Below are positions 50,219 through 64,000 of a stretch of DNA of 64,000 nucleotides, in pieces (within the stretch, counting starts at the first letter, position 1; each line of letters opens with the position of its first letter). This stretch comes from Torpedo marmorata (lineage: Eukaryota). The notes beneath the pieces were generated by a model that had not been told where the DNA came from, did no database searches, and saw nothing but the letters and a program-made list of their open reading frames with translations. A program made the translations under genes and the position numbers. The stretch covers positions 19,344,001 through 19,408,000 of the forward strand of contig OZ360233.1 in assembly GCA_977017645.1 (NCBI GenBank), given 5' to 3'.

Positions 50219-50816
50219 TAAAACAAATTACAGGTGTTAAATTCCCTCAGAATCCTGACTTATTTTTACTGGGAAACATAGAAGGAACTAGACTAAAATT
50301 GAAATTATCTATATGGCAATTACAATTCGTAAAAATTGCATTAGCAGTAGCAAGGGAATGTATAGCAGTAACTTGGAAGTCGGATACAAATTTAAGTATG
50401 GATAGATGGAATTCAGAGATGCAGAGTTGTATTCCATTGGAAAGAATAACGTACAACATGAGGAATAAATATGGGCTATTTTTGCAAATTTGGCGTCCAT
50501 TTATCCAATTATGAGGAATGAATATTTAAATGTGTTGCCCTACATCCCAGACCCTGCTGACTCTCTTAAATTTAAATTTAAAGAATGAACACTGTTGAAC
50601 TTATTGCACCGAGCCGTGGACCTGTACAGATATGTTTTCTTCCTCTCTCTCTTCTTTCTTATTCTTAGTGAGGGGAGGGGATAAGGGATGGGAGGAGTGG
50701 AGGGTGGGTTTAGATGGGGTTAGAACCACGGTAATATGTGTTCACTTTGTACTTTGTATTATTTTGTATTATTGTGAAAAATTTGAAAATTTAAAATAAA
50801 ATATTTTTAAAAAAAA
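50219..50816 (+). mobile_element. 5'-truncated L1/Tx1-like LINE
   Basis: LKQITGVKFPQNPDLFLLGN...IALAVARECIAVTWKS, followed by aataaa and an A-tail. Confidence 0.88.
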
Positions 50817-53800
50817 TGTGATGCCACAAAGTAGAGACTCTTCAAATAACATAATATCAGAAATTAATGAGACTTTTAAATCATTCTGTACCTCACTCTA
50901 TAAATTTGAATATTCTTCTAACTCCACCAAAATGAACTCGTTTCTTAATAGCCTCACAACTCCCGCCATTTATTCCAAGTTAGTCAATGGACTGGACGCC
51001 CCACTCACTATTGAAGAGATAATATATCGATTAATGCAATGCATTCTTACAAAGCTCCAGGATCCGATGGATTTCGAATGGAGTTTTATAAAAATCATTA
51101 ATGATAAATTATCCCCATTATTATTTTATGTTTTTAATGAAGCACTGGAGCGTGAAGGTTTGCCAACTACTTTAAATCAAGCATAAATAATTTCCCCCCT
51201 GAAGAAAGATGCGGCTCCCACGTAATGTGGTTCATTTTGGCCGTTATCTTTGCTTAATGATGACGTTTAATTGTTAACCAAGGTCATAACAACCAGATTT
51301 GATAGAGTGTTATTTAATAGCATAACTGAAGAGTAGAACGGTTTCACAAAACAGCATGACTTTTCATTTGACATCCAATCACTTTTCAACGTTATATATT
51401 GTAAACACTCTGCAAAGTTTCCGAAGTTTTAATTTCGCTAAACGCTGAAAAAGCTTTTTGATAGGGTAGAGTGGAAGCATCTTTTTGTAATAATAAAGAA
51501 ATTTGGATTTGGTAGCGTTTATCTCGTGGATTCGTCTTCTGTACACCGCACCTCAAGCATATGTTCACACAAACAATATTAATTCCGATTATTTTGCGTT
51601 AGAACGTAGTAATCGACATGGGTGTCCTCCATCACCTCTTATTTTCGCCATTTCAATTGAATTATTGTCAATTATGTTACAGTATTCCCTACCGTTAAAG
51701 GGATTGTTCGAAATGGACTTGAAAAGAGTTTCACGATATTTACAGATGATTTGCTGCTGCTTGTAACGCATCCACTGAGAAGTATTCCTTCGATTCTTTA
51801 CAATTTGAAGGAGTTCATCTCCTTTTCAGTTAATAATACTGAATCTTCAGAAGAGCGAATGCTACCCGTCAACGCAGCATCTCGGCAATTTAACCATTTA
51901 GACCTGCCTTTTCAGTTGAGTTGATCATGTTTCTGGTATCCAGGTGAATATATCACACGTACATTTTCCAACTTCCTAATAAGAAAATTACTTCTACTTC
52001 TCTTATTAATCAGGTGAAATCAGATTTTCAGGGACGGAATAATTTGCCTCTGTAAATAATGGGTATAATAAACGTTGTTAAAATGAATATATAACCAAGA
52101 TTTATTTTTACTTGTTTCAAACCTTTCCTTTATTTCTACCAAAATATGTTTTCACTTCTCTGGATAAAATAATTCCCTCACTTATTTAGAGTGGGAAATC
52201 TCCATGGGTTCGTAAATCATTATTGCAAAATTGTAAATTTAGTGGAGTACTCGCTCTCCCCAATTTCCAATTGTACTACTTGGAAACACACATGCATGAA
52301 CTCTTTTAATGGGTTCACTCTCCCGAGCTCTCCTCCTGTAAACTGGAGGATTCGTCTTGCAAATCATCTTCTTTATCTGCAATGGTATATTCGTCATTGC
52401 CCAATTAATCCTCTAATTACACTGACAATACATAAAAATTGGTGTGAGATGAGACGTCATTTGAAGTTGGTAGCTGCATCATATCTTGGCCCCTAAAGTA
52501 ATAATCACTTATTCTCACCATCAGTTTTTATTGTATGGCAAACTAAAGGTAACAAACATCTTCAAGACCTCTACGTGTATGGAGTGTTTTGCACTTCACC
52601 TATCTGTCACACACTTGAAACACATATCGCTGTTTTCTAGTTCGACATTTTATTTCAACATATTTTTAAACATTTTCCCCAGTACATTCCAAACAACCCT
52701 GGCAAGTTCTAGTATCAGTTAACCCAGGAGTAAGAGGGATAATTTCAAAAATGTATAGCTTTATTCTGTCAATCAAAAGACATTTATGTTCCAAAATAAA
52801 TGCAGAATGGGAGCAAGAATTGGAAATGAAAATTGAGGAGAATCCGTGAGAAGAGGCTGTTAATAGAATTCGCAATACCACCTTCTGTGCCCGTTTGGGA
52901 CTTATTCAGTTTAACGTGATGCACAGGGTTCATTTTTTAAAAATATAAATGATCAACCATATATCCACAATTACTGGACAAATGCAATATGTGTAATGGC
53001 TCCCCTTGCCACCAAAGTTACATGTTTTATCAGTGCCCCAAAATACAGGGGTTCTGTGGCGGAGACGTTAGCACATTATCGAAAATATTCAAAGATAATT
53101 TGCACCTCTGTCCGTTGACTGAAATATGTTGAATCTCTGAAACTCCCGAAGTTCACTATAGACAGGCGTAATAGCGTTTACATATTTATTAGCAAAGCAC
53201 CAAATAATATTGCATTGGATGTCCGATTGGTATCCTTCTATACTCAATGGATGTAAGACATCATTTTCTTCATTACTCTGGAGTAAATCAAATACACATT
53301 AAAAGGGTCCACCGTGAAATGTTTTCATAAATGCAACCCTTTAGGCATTGTTCCTCTGAATTGCTCCGAGTGCTTCCGGAGTAAACGTTTGATTGCGTGC
53401 TGTATTTATGAGCAGAATAGGAAATATTCTGATACTGTCAGAAAATGAGCTAAGGTGGTCATGGAGTGGCGGTCTGTGTGTGCATTTGAGGGTGTGTGTG
53501 ATTTATAACATTTTTTGTTGCTTACGCTTTCCAATGTTGCAGTTATATATGGAGAGTATTTATTTACTTCACTTTTATACTTATATATGTGCGTGTGTTG
53601 GTTTTTCCGTGAGAAGGGTGGGGCACACAACGCAAATAAGTATAATGGGAACTAAGTTGTTTTGATGTTTAATGGCAGCAGGTAAGCAGATAAGGCTTCA
53701 AACAGAAAGCCCCATAAAATACAAACACCTCTTTATTTAAAAAAATCAACTTCTGAGGCCACAATGTAATCGAATTAATCAATAAAGGCCATTGTCCCGC

Positions 53801-53884
53801 ATGTCGCCACATAGACAAAATGTCTCCTGCTTATACTCTGTAAACAGCATAAATACTCTTTCATTAATAATCTCTCCATTTTCA

Positions 53885-55245
53885 TCTCTCACTGCTGCAT
53901 TCGGTGGTTCCCACGTGCTTCACAGGGAATCAATCAACCCGGTGCCCAAGAAGAGCAGAGACAGCTGCCTCAACGACTATCGCCCAGTAGCATTCACATC
54001 TACTGTGATTAAATGCTTTGAGATGTTTGTCATGGCCAGAATTAACACGTACCTAAGTAAAAGCCTGGACCCATTGCAATTCGTCCACCGTCACAATCGC
54101 TACACAGCAGATGCAATATTACTGGATCTTCGGTCATCTCTGGATCAACTAGACAACAAAAACTCATATACCCGCTACTCTTCATCCACCACAGGTCACC
54201 CTTCAACACCATTATTGCCTCAGTTCTGGTCAACAAGCTCCAAACTCTGGGCCTCTACACCCCCCTCTGCAACTCGATCCTTGACGGCGTTATCGGAAAC
54301 CTAGAGTCAGTACGAATTGAAAACAACGTCTCCTCATCACCAAAGTTCAACCCGAGCGCACCTCAAGGATGCGTGGTTAGCCCACTGCACTACTCACGTT
54401 ACACCTATGAGTGTGTGGCTGGGCACAATTCAAATGCTATCTGCAAATTTGACGATGACACCACCGTTGTAGTCAGAATCACAGACGGCAATGAGGAAGC
54501 GTACAAGAGGGAGATAGATCAGCTAGTTGAGTGGTGTCACACCAACAACCTTGCACTCAACTTTAGCAAAACCAAGGAGGTGATTGTGAACTATTGGAGG
54601 ATATCAGCAGAACACGAACCAGTCCTCATCGAAGGGCCAGCGGTGGGGAGGGTCAAGAACGTCCAATTTCTGAGTATCAACATCTCTGAGGATCAGTCCT
54701 GGAGTCTCCATGTCGATGCAATAATGAAGAAGGCTCTCCAGCGGCTATACCTTGTGAGGAGTTTGAGGGGATTTGGCATGTCACCAAAGACTCACGAAAA
54801 CCTCAACAATTGTACCGTGGAAAGCATTCTGACTGGCTGCATGACTGTCTGGTATAGAGGTGCCAACGCGCAGAACAGGAAAGAAAACACCAGAGGGTTG
54901 TTAACACGCCCTGCGACATCACTCCATCGAGGACATCTAAGAGGTGGTGTCTTTAGAAAGCAGCATCTATCCTCAAGAAACACCTCTGCTGCCATCGGGA
55001 AAAATATACAGGAGCCTGAAGACGAGTACTCAGCAGCACAAGGACAGCTTCTTTCCTGCTGCCATCAGATTTCTGAATGAAAAATGAACCACAGACACTA
55101 ACTTACTTTGTCTTTTCTTTTCTTTTGATCACACTATTTTATTTATTTTGAAACGTAGTTTGTTGAAATGGTTGCACTGTGATGCTGACGCAAAACAACA
55201 AATATCCTGACATGTTCATGAAAATAAATTTTGATTCTGATTCAG
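53885..55245 (+). mobile_element. Rex1/Babar-like LINE 3' part (RT)
   Basis: PVPKK...LNDYRPVAFTS..KCFE, LDPLQF, PQGCV, KFDDDT and EWCHTNNLALN; aataaa plus (ttctga)n tail. Confidence 0.85.
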
Positions 55246-57339
55246 AATCGTACTTTGAATAAATTAATCATTTTATTCATTCACATCTGCTCAATAATTC
55301 CTTTAAGCACGACAACATTTTTTCATGCCTCGTCGGGTGCAAGAGGAGGTATTCTGGACCATGTCGTCTTTGAAGAGTCATTAGAAAAGAATGGTTCTAT
55401 TCCACGTTTTGGTCAGCAGACGGCGTCTTGCTCGAACAAATGAAACCGACATCCGCAGGATCGCCCATTTATTAATGCCGTAACGTCATTCGATATTTAT
55501 GCAATATTTCAAGGTGAATGTAAACACTTTGTGTGACGGGAGAGTTCACACTTTCAAGACATGAGTAGATGACATTCCACAAATAAATTAAAACTTCGTG
55601 GACCGCTGAAGCTCAATGACATGACTGCAGCTCCTCTCGCTATACAATGGGTCAATTATTTTCTCATTTCGCGGTATATTTAACTTTATTGGCCACCTCA
55701 TCCGGTCTCTGCAAAACCCGTTCTCCGACAAAGGTTAACATCTTATTTTGATAAGAATTGATGATATTGTGAAGAGCGAGGAGCTATCATATCCGCGCAC
55801 ATGAATTTCTGAATGAAGGACCATGAGCAGTCAGACGTGGAGTTGCCTTCACTAGCGGGAGAGTCGGGGACGACTGGGTGCAGTTACCGGTTTAAGGGTT
55901 AATCGTATTATACTGAAATACGCCCGGATTCCTTCTCACGGGGCTGGTGAAATTCTGGAATGAGCTACCACCATATGTTTGGGAGAGAGTGTCATTGGAT
56001 GTGTTTATGTTGACGTAGATATCATGTTTAATTATCAGGGAATTAGCGTCTTTGAGGCATTGGAACAACAAATAATGTTAGGCATGTGTCAGATCATCTT
56101 ATGTTCAAGTTTTGTTTCGTGGATTATTGGACCGTTAATTAAAGCAAAAGGTTCCCCCAGTTTTAATAATGATATATTCCCCTGGTGCACAACTGAGGCA
56201 TCTCGTAATTTAGATTCATTTATGTTCGAGGGTCTAAATTGCCTTTTTCCTGGCAGAAGAAAGTCCTAAGCATTTCTGTTCTAAGCGGACGCCCCTCAAT
56301 CATGAAATTGTGCCCTCTTGTCCTCGACTCTCCCAGCATGGTAAACATCCTTTCTACATCTATTATATCGATGTCTTTCGATATGTCGAATGTTTCAGTG
56401 AGATCCCGAATTATTCTCCTAAATTCCAAAGAATACAGGCCAAGAGATGTCAAACACTTCTAATATGATAACCCTTTCATTCCCGGAATAATTCTCGTGA
56501 ATCTCCTTTTACCCTCTCGAAAATCAGCACATATGTTCATAAATGAGGTGCCCTGAACTGCTCACAATACTCCAGGCGAGGTCTCACCAATGCCTTTGAA
56601 TCCTCAACATCACGCTCCTGCTCTTATATTCTATTACTTTAGAAATAAATGCCAGGTTGCCTTTGCCTTCTTCACCACCGACTCGACATGCAAATTTAAC
56701 TTCAGGCTATCCTGCACGAGGTGTGAGGATTCTCAGGTCCCCTTTAATCTGGGTATTTTTAATTTAGAAAATAGTCTAGCCGTTTATTTTTTGTACCAAA
56801 TTGCGTGACCTTACAATCTCGACATTATATTCCAATTGTCACTTCTCTGCCCATTATACAAATCTGTGTACGTTGTTCTGAAGCCCTGTTTCCTCTACAC
56901 GACCTGCACCTCCACCTACCTTCGTATTATCTGAAAACCTGGCCACAAACCATTCATTTCATAATCCATATCATTAATATGCAACATTAAAAGAGGCAGC
57001 CCTAACACTGACCCCTGTGGAACACCAATAGCAACTGGCAGCCAATCAGAATATGATACGTGTATTCCAACTCTTTGCTTCCTGCCTATCATCCAATGCT
57101 CTGCAAACGCTAGTCTGTTTCCTGTAATAACATGAGCTCTAAGCCTCATGTGCGGCACCTTGTCAAAGGCCTTCTGAAAATCCAAATACACAACATCCAC
57201 TACATCTCCCTTATCCAAACTGCATGTCACTTCGCAAGGAATTCCAATAGATTTGTCAAGCAAGTGTTTTCTCGTAAGAAACCATACTGGTTTTGTCCTA
57301 TCCTGTCGTTGGCCTCCAAGTACGTTGTGACCACATCCA

Positions 57340-58412
57340 TTTTTTTGGGAATGTTTTTAAAGCCAAACATAATATCAATAACAAAACCAATATATCATCA
57401 AATATAACATCCATATTAAACAACTGATATATGTTGACTATTATACTAAAAGAAAAAAAAGAGGAAAACCCCGCCCACCTACTTCCACACAAAAGAAAGA
57501 AAAGAAACAAATGGAATAAGAAAAAGTTGAAATAGAGAAAAATAATGAAACGTTGGAGGTTCGCTGTCTATTCCGCAGTCTTAAATTACTCGGCTTACTC
57601 GGATTTTGAAGAGAAAACGGACAAAGTTCTTGGAGGCGAGGGGGGTGGGTGGAGGTGGCTAATTATAGCTTTACAGCTATATATTGTAAGTATGGATTCC
57701 AGATCTTGATAAATATCATATTTATTTCTAAGATTATAGGGAATCTTTTCAAGGGGAACACAATTATATATTTCCTCGTTCCATCTTGTCATACCTAGAT
57801 GGGAATCAGACTTCCATGTAACCGCTATACATTTCTTGGCCACTGCCAATGCAATCTCTGCAAATTTTATTTGAAATTTTGATAGCCTCATCTGAGGTCT
57901 TACGCCAGAGATATTTCCCAATAAAAACAATTCTGGACATTGTGGAAACCGAGTTTCTGTAATGTGCTCCAAAATTTCCCTGTCCATCCAGAAAGATCTT
58001 ACCTTGGGGCATGACCAGGTTGAACGTAAAAAGGTTCCTATTTCTTTGCCGCATCTAAAACATTTATATGATATTTCTGATGTAAATATGTTCAGCTTTG
58101 CTGCGTGAGATATAAGTGGAGCAGAAAATTGTATTGTACCAGTATATATCTCACATTTATTGTATTTTTCATCGGTCCCGACATAAGTCGCACCAGTTTT
58201 GTTCATCAATGATTATGTCCAAGTCTGATTCCCATCTCTGTCTAGATCTTTGTAGTCCCTGTTTCAGGTTTCCCATTTGTAGTAAAAGATAGATTGCTGA
58301 AATGAGCTTCTTCGTTATCCCCTTTCGAATGAACGTCGCCACTTCACTGCATTTCGGTAAGATCATTAATGGACCTAATTTGTCCTTTTGATAAGATCTC
58401 AACTGAAAATAA
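57340..58412 (-). mobile_element. 5'-truncated L1/Tx1-like LINE
   Basis: CFRCGKEIGTF..TWSCP and IALAVAKKCIAVTWKS. Confidence 0.85.
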
Positions 58413-59010
58413 CCTCATTCTTCACAATGAGCTCTATTCATTTTCCCAAACACTGACGTAATGCTAACCGGTCTACAATTTCATTTCTTCTGCCTCCCTC
58501 CCTTCTTAAATAGTGGGTTGCCATTTGCGATTTTCCAGTCCTCCGGGACCATGCCAGAATCTATTGATCCCCAATCTCTACCGAAAACTCTTTCAGGACC
58601 CAATGGTGCAATCATCAGGACCGGGAGACTTATCCACCCTTACACCATTCAGCTTTCCGAGCACCTTCGTCCTTGATGTATCTTATGTAGCTTTGCTACA
58701 TAGAGGACACTGTTTGACCTGCTGCGCTTCTCCAGCATTTTGTGTTTTTACTTCAACCACGGTGTCTACAGATTTTCGTGATAACCTCGCCCTTGAAATG
58801 GTAACTGCACTCACTTTCCTTTCCTAATAGCCTTCGACATCTGGTACACTGCTAGTGTCTTCAACAGTGATGTCTGATGCAATATATTCATTACGTCCCT
58901 CTGCCATGTCCTTGTTTCCCATTATTGTATTATGTCCCATTTCTATATCTATTCTTACCTCTCTTTTATTCTTCACATACTTGTAGAAGCTCTTTGATTT
59001 TATTTGCTAT

Positions 59011-62000
59011 TGCAGCGCGTTTCTACGGTTATAGCTCAGCGCGACGAGTCGGTTATAGCTCTAGTCACTGCAGCTCAAGAGCGGATGCGCGCCCTCTGAG
59101 CGTTGAGTCAGAATTGCCTACTCTGCCGTCGGCTCTGCCTTTTATAGGCGGGCCAAGCCAGGCTGCCACGTTACTGATGTGGCGTGGCTTGTGATGCGAC
59201 GATCAGGATCTGTCGGGCCACGATCCGTCGTCGGGGGTCAGCCTGTTTCCTCCCTGCCGTTGTGGCCTATGGAAACAGGCCGTTTCGATCACGTGCCGCT
59301 TGCGCGATCGTCGTGTTCGACCACCTCTCCCTGTGTCGGCTTGCGTAGTAGGTCGCGGGCCGCCACACGACCCCCCCCCAAAACCGACGATCTGTGTGGC
59401 GGCCTTGTTCTTGGGAGGCCGACCCCTGCGGCGTGAAATATGATGGGTGACCTGTTGGCCAGCGTTCAGGTGTGCTGGCTTGAGTCGGTCAACCGTGACC
59501 GTTTTCTCCCTGCCGCCAATATCTATGACACAGGTGGAGCCATTGTGCTTGAGTACCCGGTACGGTCCTTCGTCTGGTCGTTGGAGTGGTGGCCGATGTG
59601 CTCCCCGCCTTATAAACACATGCTTGCAGTCCTTCAAATTCCTTGGAACAAAGGTTTTGGGCTGGCCGTGTGCCCTGGGTTGTGCCGGGACCAGCGTATC
59701 CAGTCGTTGCCGCAGACGGGTCAGGGCTACCGCTGGAGTCTCCTCCGGCTTCCTGGCGTCGGCCAGGAATTCGCCTGGGATGATCAGGGGTGCGCCATAG
59801 ACCATCTCTGCTGAAGACACGTCTAAATACTCTTCGGGCGCGGTGCGGATGCCCAGGAGGACCCAAGGAAGTTCGTCGGACCAGTGCGGTCCTGTGAGCC
59901 GGGCCATGAGGGCCGCCTTGAGGTACCTGTGGAACCTCTCCACCAACCCTTTGGTCTGAGAATGGTATGCTGTGGTATGGTGGAGTTGCGTTCCCAGGAT
60001 GTTGGCCAAGGCCGCCCAAAGGCTGGAGGTGCACTGGGCACCTCTGTCTGATGTAAGGTGCTCATGGACTCCAAACCGTGCCACCCAGGTGCTTAGCAGG
60101 GCCCTGGAACACGACTCTGCGGATGCTTCCATTAGTTGGACAGCTTCCGGCCACCTGGTCAGACGATCCATCATCGTCAAGAGGTATCGAGCACCTCTTG
60201 ACACCGGCAGTGGGCCAACAATATCTATACGCACATGACTGAACCTCCGCCGTGCCGGCTCTAATGACTGAGGAGGGGCTTTAATGTGCGCCTGCACCTT
60301 TGACGCCTGGAAGTGCGTGCAGGTCTTGGCCCACTGACTGACCTCTTTACGGAGACCATGCCATACGAATCGGCGGGCCACCATCTTAACCGTGGTTCTG
60401 ATGGCAGGGTGCGCCAGGTTGTGGACCGTGTCGAAAACCCATTTCCTCCTTGCTGCGGGAATGATGGGTCGAGGCGTACCAGTCGAGGTGTCGCACAGAA
60501 GCGTCTGTTTTCCGGGGCCGATGCGAATGTCCTCTAGGTGGAGACCGGTTGCCGCCGTCCGGTATGCATGCACGTCGGGGTTTGCTCGTTGTGCGTCATC
60601 CAGGGCTGTGTTGTCGATGCCTGGGGCGAGGGCGTGTATTGCCAGTATGACTGGCCGTGATCGTGCGTCGGCCACCACATTCGACTTCCCGGCAATGTGT
60701 GCTATGTCCGTGGATAACTCAGACACATAGGACAGGTGCCTTTGTTGCCTGGCTGACAATGGGTGTGACACCTTGCCGAAAGCAAAGGTGAGCGGCTTGT
60801 GGTCCGTGAATATTTTGAACCTCCTGCCCTCCAGGAAGTATCGGAAATGCCGGACCGCCAGGTATAGAGCTAAGAGTTCCCGATCAAAAGCACTGTACTT
60901 GAGCTCCGGTGGGCGGAGGTGCTTGCTGAAAAAGGCTAGCGGCTGCCTTTGACCCGCGACCAGCTGCTCAAGTACTCCCCCGGCTGCTGTGTTGGAGGCG
61001 TCAACAGTGAGGGCTGTCTGGGCGTCTGTCCTTGGATGCACCAGAAGAGTCGCTTTTGCCAGGGCGTCTTTAGCTGTTTGGAAAGCCTCTGATGCCTCCT
61101 GTGTCCACTCGATCTCCTTCTTTGGGCCTGCCATGAGGGAGAATAAGGGTTGCATGATGCCAGCTGCTGCCGGTATGAAACGATGATTAAAGTTAATCAT
61201 ACCGACGAACTCCTGCAGGCCCTTCACTGTTGCGGGCTTCGTAAATGACCGGATGGCCTCCACCTTTCTGGCAGCGGCCTGGCCCCATCCTTGTTAATAC
61301 AATGCCCCAGGAAATCGATGGACTCCCGCCCGAACTGGCATTTGGCGGGGTTGATTATTAACCCGAACTTCTTCAGGCGGGTGCACACTTGTCTTATATG
61401 GATGGCATGTTCAGCTCGGTTGCGGCTGGCTATCAATATGTCATCCAAATAAATGAAGGTGAACTTGAGATCCCGGCCCACCGCATCCATCAACCTCTGC
61501 AAGGTTTGAGCTGCATTCTTCAGGCCGAACGGCATTGGAAGAAACTCAAACAGAGCAGAGGGGTGATAATGTCAGCCTTGGTGATGTATTCCGGTTGGAC
61601 CGGGATCTGGTGATAGCCTTTGACGACGTTCACCTTTGAGAATATCCGTGCCCCTTGCAGGTTGCCGGTGAAGTCCTGGATGTTGGGCACTGGATATCTG
61701 TCTGGCGTGGTGGCCTCATTGAGACGGCAGTAATTCCCTCATGGTCTCCAGCCCCCTGCTGCCTTGGGTACCATGTGGAGTGGTGAGGCCCAGGGGCTGT
61801 TGATACAACGCAGGATATCCAGCTCTTCCATTTTCCAGAACTCTTTCTTGGCGAGGTTGAGTTCCTCGGGGGTAGGGTGGCGCGCCCTGGCGTGAAAGGG
61901 AGGTCCCGCAGTCAGGATATGGTGCCTAACCCCGTGCCTAGGTTCCACCGAGGAAAAGTGTGGCATTGAGATGGCAGGGAATTCGGTCATAATCCGCGCC

Positions 62001-63472
62001 AACTCATTGTCGGCGGCTGTTACCGAGTGTAGGCGGGGGGCAGTGAGCTCCGTTCCACCCAGGGAAAGAGTCTGAAAAGTTGTGGGGTGCACCAGTCTTC
62101 GCCCCTTAATGTCCACTAATAGGGAATTGGCAATAAGAAAATCCGCGCCCAGGAGCGGTTGCCGCATGGCAGCAAGCGCGAACTTCCTGGTGAAATGGTT
62201 GTCTGCAAAACGGAGGGGGATGGTGCGGGTGCCTAAAGTGCGAATATTTCAATTATTGGCCACTCTCAGGCTCTGTCCCACTCTGCTGCTGCGGACGTCG
62301 GATCTGGAAGGGGGAAAAACGCTGATTCCGGCCCCGGTGTCAACCAGGAACCGGCGGCCCGACAGGAAGTCCTGCACGGGAAGGGGGTTGTGATGTAGGC
62401 CGACCGTCGCAACCATCAACGACGGCCGGCTCTGGCGTTTCCCTGGAACGCACAGGGGGAGCGGCATCGACGGGCCTCGGAACCACACCGTTGGTGGTAG
62501 AAACAGTACTCCTCACCGGTGGGCTGCGTCGGTTGGTGGGTCGTCTTTTTGGGAAGCCGTCTGATTGTTCGCCGTGGACGAGACGTGGTCACTTGATCCA
62601 TCGTTGCACAGGCGTCCTTCTTCACCGCCCAGTGCACGTCCGCTCGGGCAGCTACCTTCCCGGGGTCCCCAAAATCCTCCTCCGCGAGCAGCAGCCAGAT
62701 GTCTTCTGGCAATCGCTCCAGGAATATCTGCTAGAACAGCAGGCAAGGTCGGTGGCCATCAGTCAAGGCGAGCATGTCGCTCCTGAGGGTGGAAGGGGCC
62801 CTGTCCCCCAAGCCGTCCATATGCAGCAATCGGGCCGCCCGCTCTCGCCTCGAGAGCCCGAAAGTGCAAGAAAAAAGCTCCTTGATGGCTACATGCAGGA
62901 CGCCGCAGGAAGTCGATTTTCCTCGCCGCAGTCTCCTGCTCGAGGGCACTTACCACGTGGTAATAGCACGCGGTGTCGTCGGAAATCCATCGAAGGGCGA
63001 ACTGTGCCTCGGCCTGTTCTAACCACACCAGTGGTTGCGATGTCCAGAAGCTCGGTAGATTCAACAAACCGCGTTGATTGTAGGCTGTTCCATCTTCGGA
63101 TCAAAATAGTCGTTTGGACCCGCCGGGGTCACCTCTGTAGCGCGTCGCTACGGTTATAGCTCTGCGCGTCGAGTCGGTTATAGCTCTAGTCACTTGAGCT
63201 CAAGAGGAGATACGCACCCTCTGAGCATGAAGTCAGAACTGCCTAATATGCCGTCGGCTCTGCCTTTTATAGGCGGGCCAAGGCGGGCTGCCACGTCACT
63301 GATGCGACGACCAGGATTGGTCGACCACGATATGTCGTCGGGGATTGGCCTATTTCCTCCCTGCCGTTGTGGCCTATGGAAACAGGCCGTTTGGATCACG
63401 TGCCGCCTGCCGATCTTCGCGTTCGACCACCGCTCCCTGTGCGGCCTGCGGAGTAGGTCGCGGGCCGCTGCA
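59011..63472 (-). mobile_element. Full-length degenerate Ty3/Gypsy LTR retrotransposon related to the 20822 element
   Basis: LTRs at 59011-59367 and 63136-63472; TSD CTAT at 59007-59010 and 63473-63476; PBS-like aggtgaccccggc at 63122-63134; C-run (PPT on minus) at 59371-59379. Motifs include VDTGAGISV and YLDD, plus a 686-aa RH-IN ORF at 59203-61263. Confidence 0.95.
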
Positions 63473-64000
63473 CTATCATACTTTCATACTTCATCTTTTT
63501 ATTCCTAATGAGTTTTAGTCACCTTCTGTATTTTTTTAAAACTCGCCATTCCTCTATCCTCCCAGTAATTGTTGCTCCCTTTTGCTTTCACATTGTTTTT
63601 GACGTCCCGAGAAACAACAATTCATAAACGGAAGCTTGCTAACTTCGGCTTACCTCTTGAGTATTTGTCTTCCGCACAACCAGGTTGTGATCAGCTATCT
63701 CATACAATTCCATCTCCCTCCAGAAGATGGTGAACTTCTTCCTATTCGGGGGTTTCTCCGCTCCTTACAGAGACTTGACTCACCAGAAAGGAAAGCATTC
63801 ATGCCCTGCAGTTTGGATTGGCGCGAATCAGATCTCGCGTGCCAACGAAGGCTTGCTCATGAACAAACACATTTACACGACACATATTGTGTACTCCTCG
63901 CTGTGTAATTACACGTGAATCGCCAGTTCAACTATACGCCTGGCAAGAAGAGATATCCTTTCTCAGGAATCACACGCTGAATGGATCGGACTTTAAATGG

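Larger units (their letters stand above)
41690..53390 (+). mobile_element. Old degenerate L1 ORF2 in pieces (about 41690-42633, 49853-50006 and 50817-53390), host to nested insertions
   Basis: EN start RFLSLNIRGMESPTKRSK and GGDLNCV; linker EINETFKSF; RT remnants AEKAFDRVEW and RHGCPPSPLIFAISIE. Confidence 0.8.
56195..63610 (-). mobile_element. Degenerate CR1 LINE 3' part, split by L1/Tx1 (about 57340-58412), a short Penelope-type end (about 58675-58780) and the Gypsy provirus
   Basis: LGLYSLEFRRI, VYLDFQKAFDKVPH and GVPQGSVLG; the sequence resumes after 63476 (tttgctat|...|ctatcatactttcatact). Confidence 0.8.

Noticed and set aside
63636-64000. Possible seventh V leader or exon at the window end
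   Set aside because: Splice-like signals exist, but no hydrophobic leader, Cys/Trp pattern or RSS was found.

Overview
Repeat-rich vertebrate DNA with four assembly gaps. It is inferred to be from a cartilaginous fish, based on HE1-type V-SINEs, esterase-bearing CR1 LINEs, Penelope remnants and shark-like V sequences. The window is part of a T-cell receptor alpha/delta V-gene array. It holds six same-strand (+) V segments, each with a leader exon, intron, V exon and RSS (23-bp spacer; 21 bp in one pseudogene). One looks functional (12475-13355), one has an intact V exon and RSS but a GT>CT leader donor (10669-11141), and four are pseudogenes. No D, J or C exon could be firmly identified. Most of the rest is nested retroelements: two complete Ty3/Gypsy proviruses with LTRs, tRNA-Trp-type PBS and 4-bp TSDs, a Gmr1-like element with integrase before RT, plus CR1, L1/Tx1, Rex1/Babar and Penelope LINEs and SINEs. 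Points worth follow-up are CTCF-like motifs just downstream of V RSSs, the same TGCAGCG at all four outer provirus ends, a fold-back palindrome of about 190-bp arms, a telomeric-repeat patch that replaces paralogous sequence, a 92-bp target duplication, a 114-bp monomer array at a CR1 5' end and a candidate hammerhead ribozyme.
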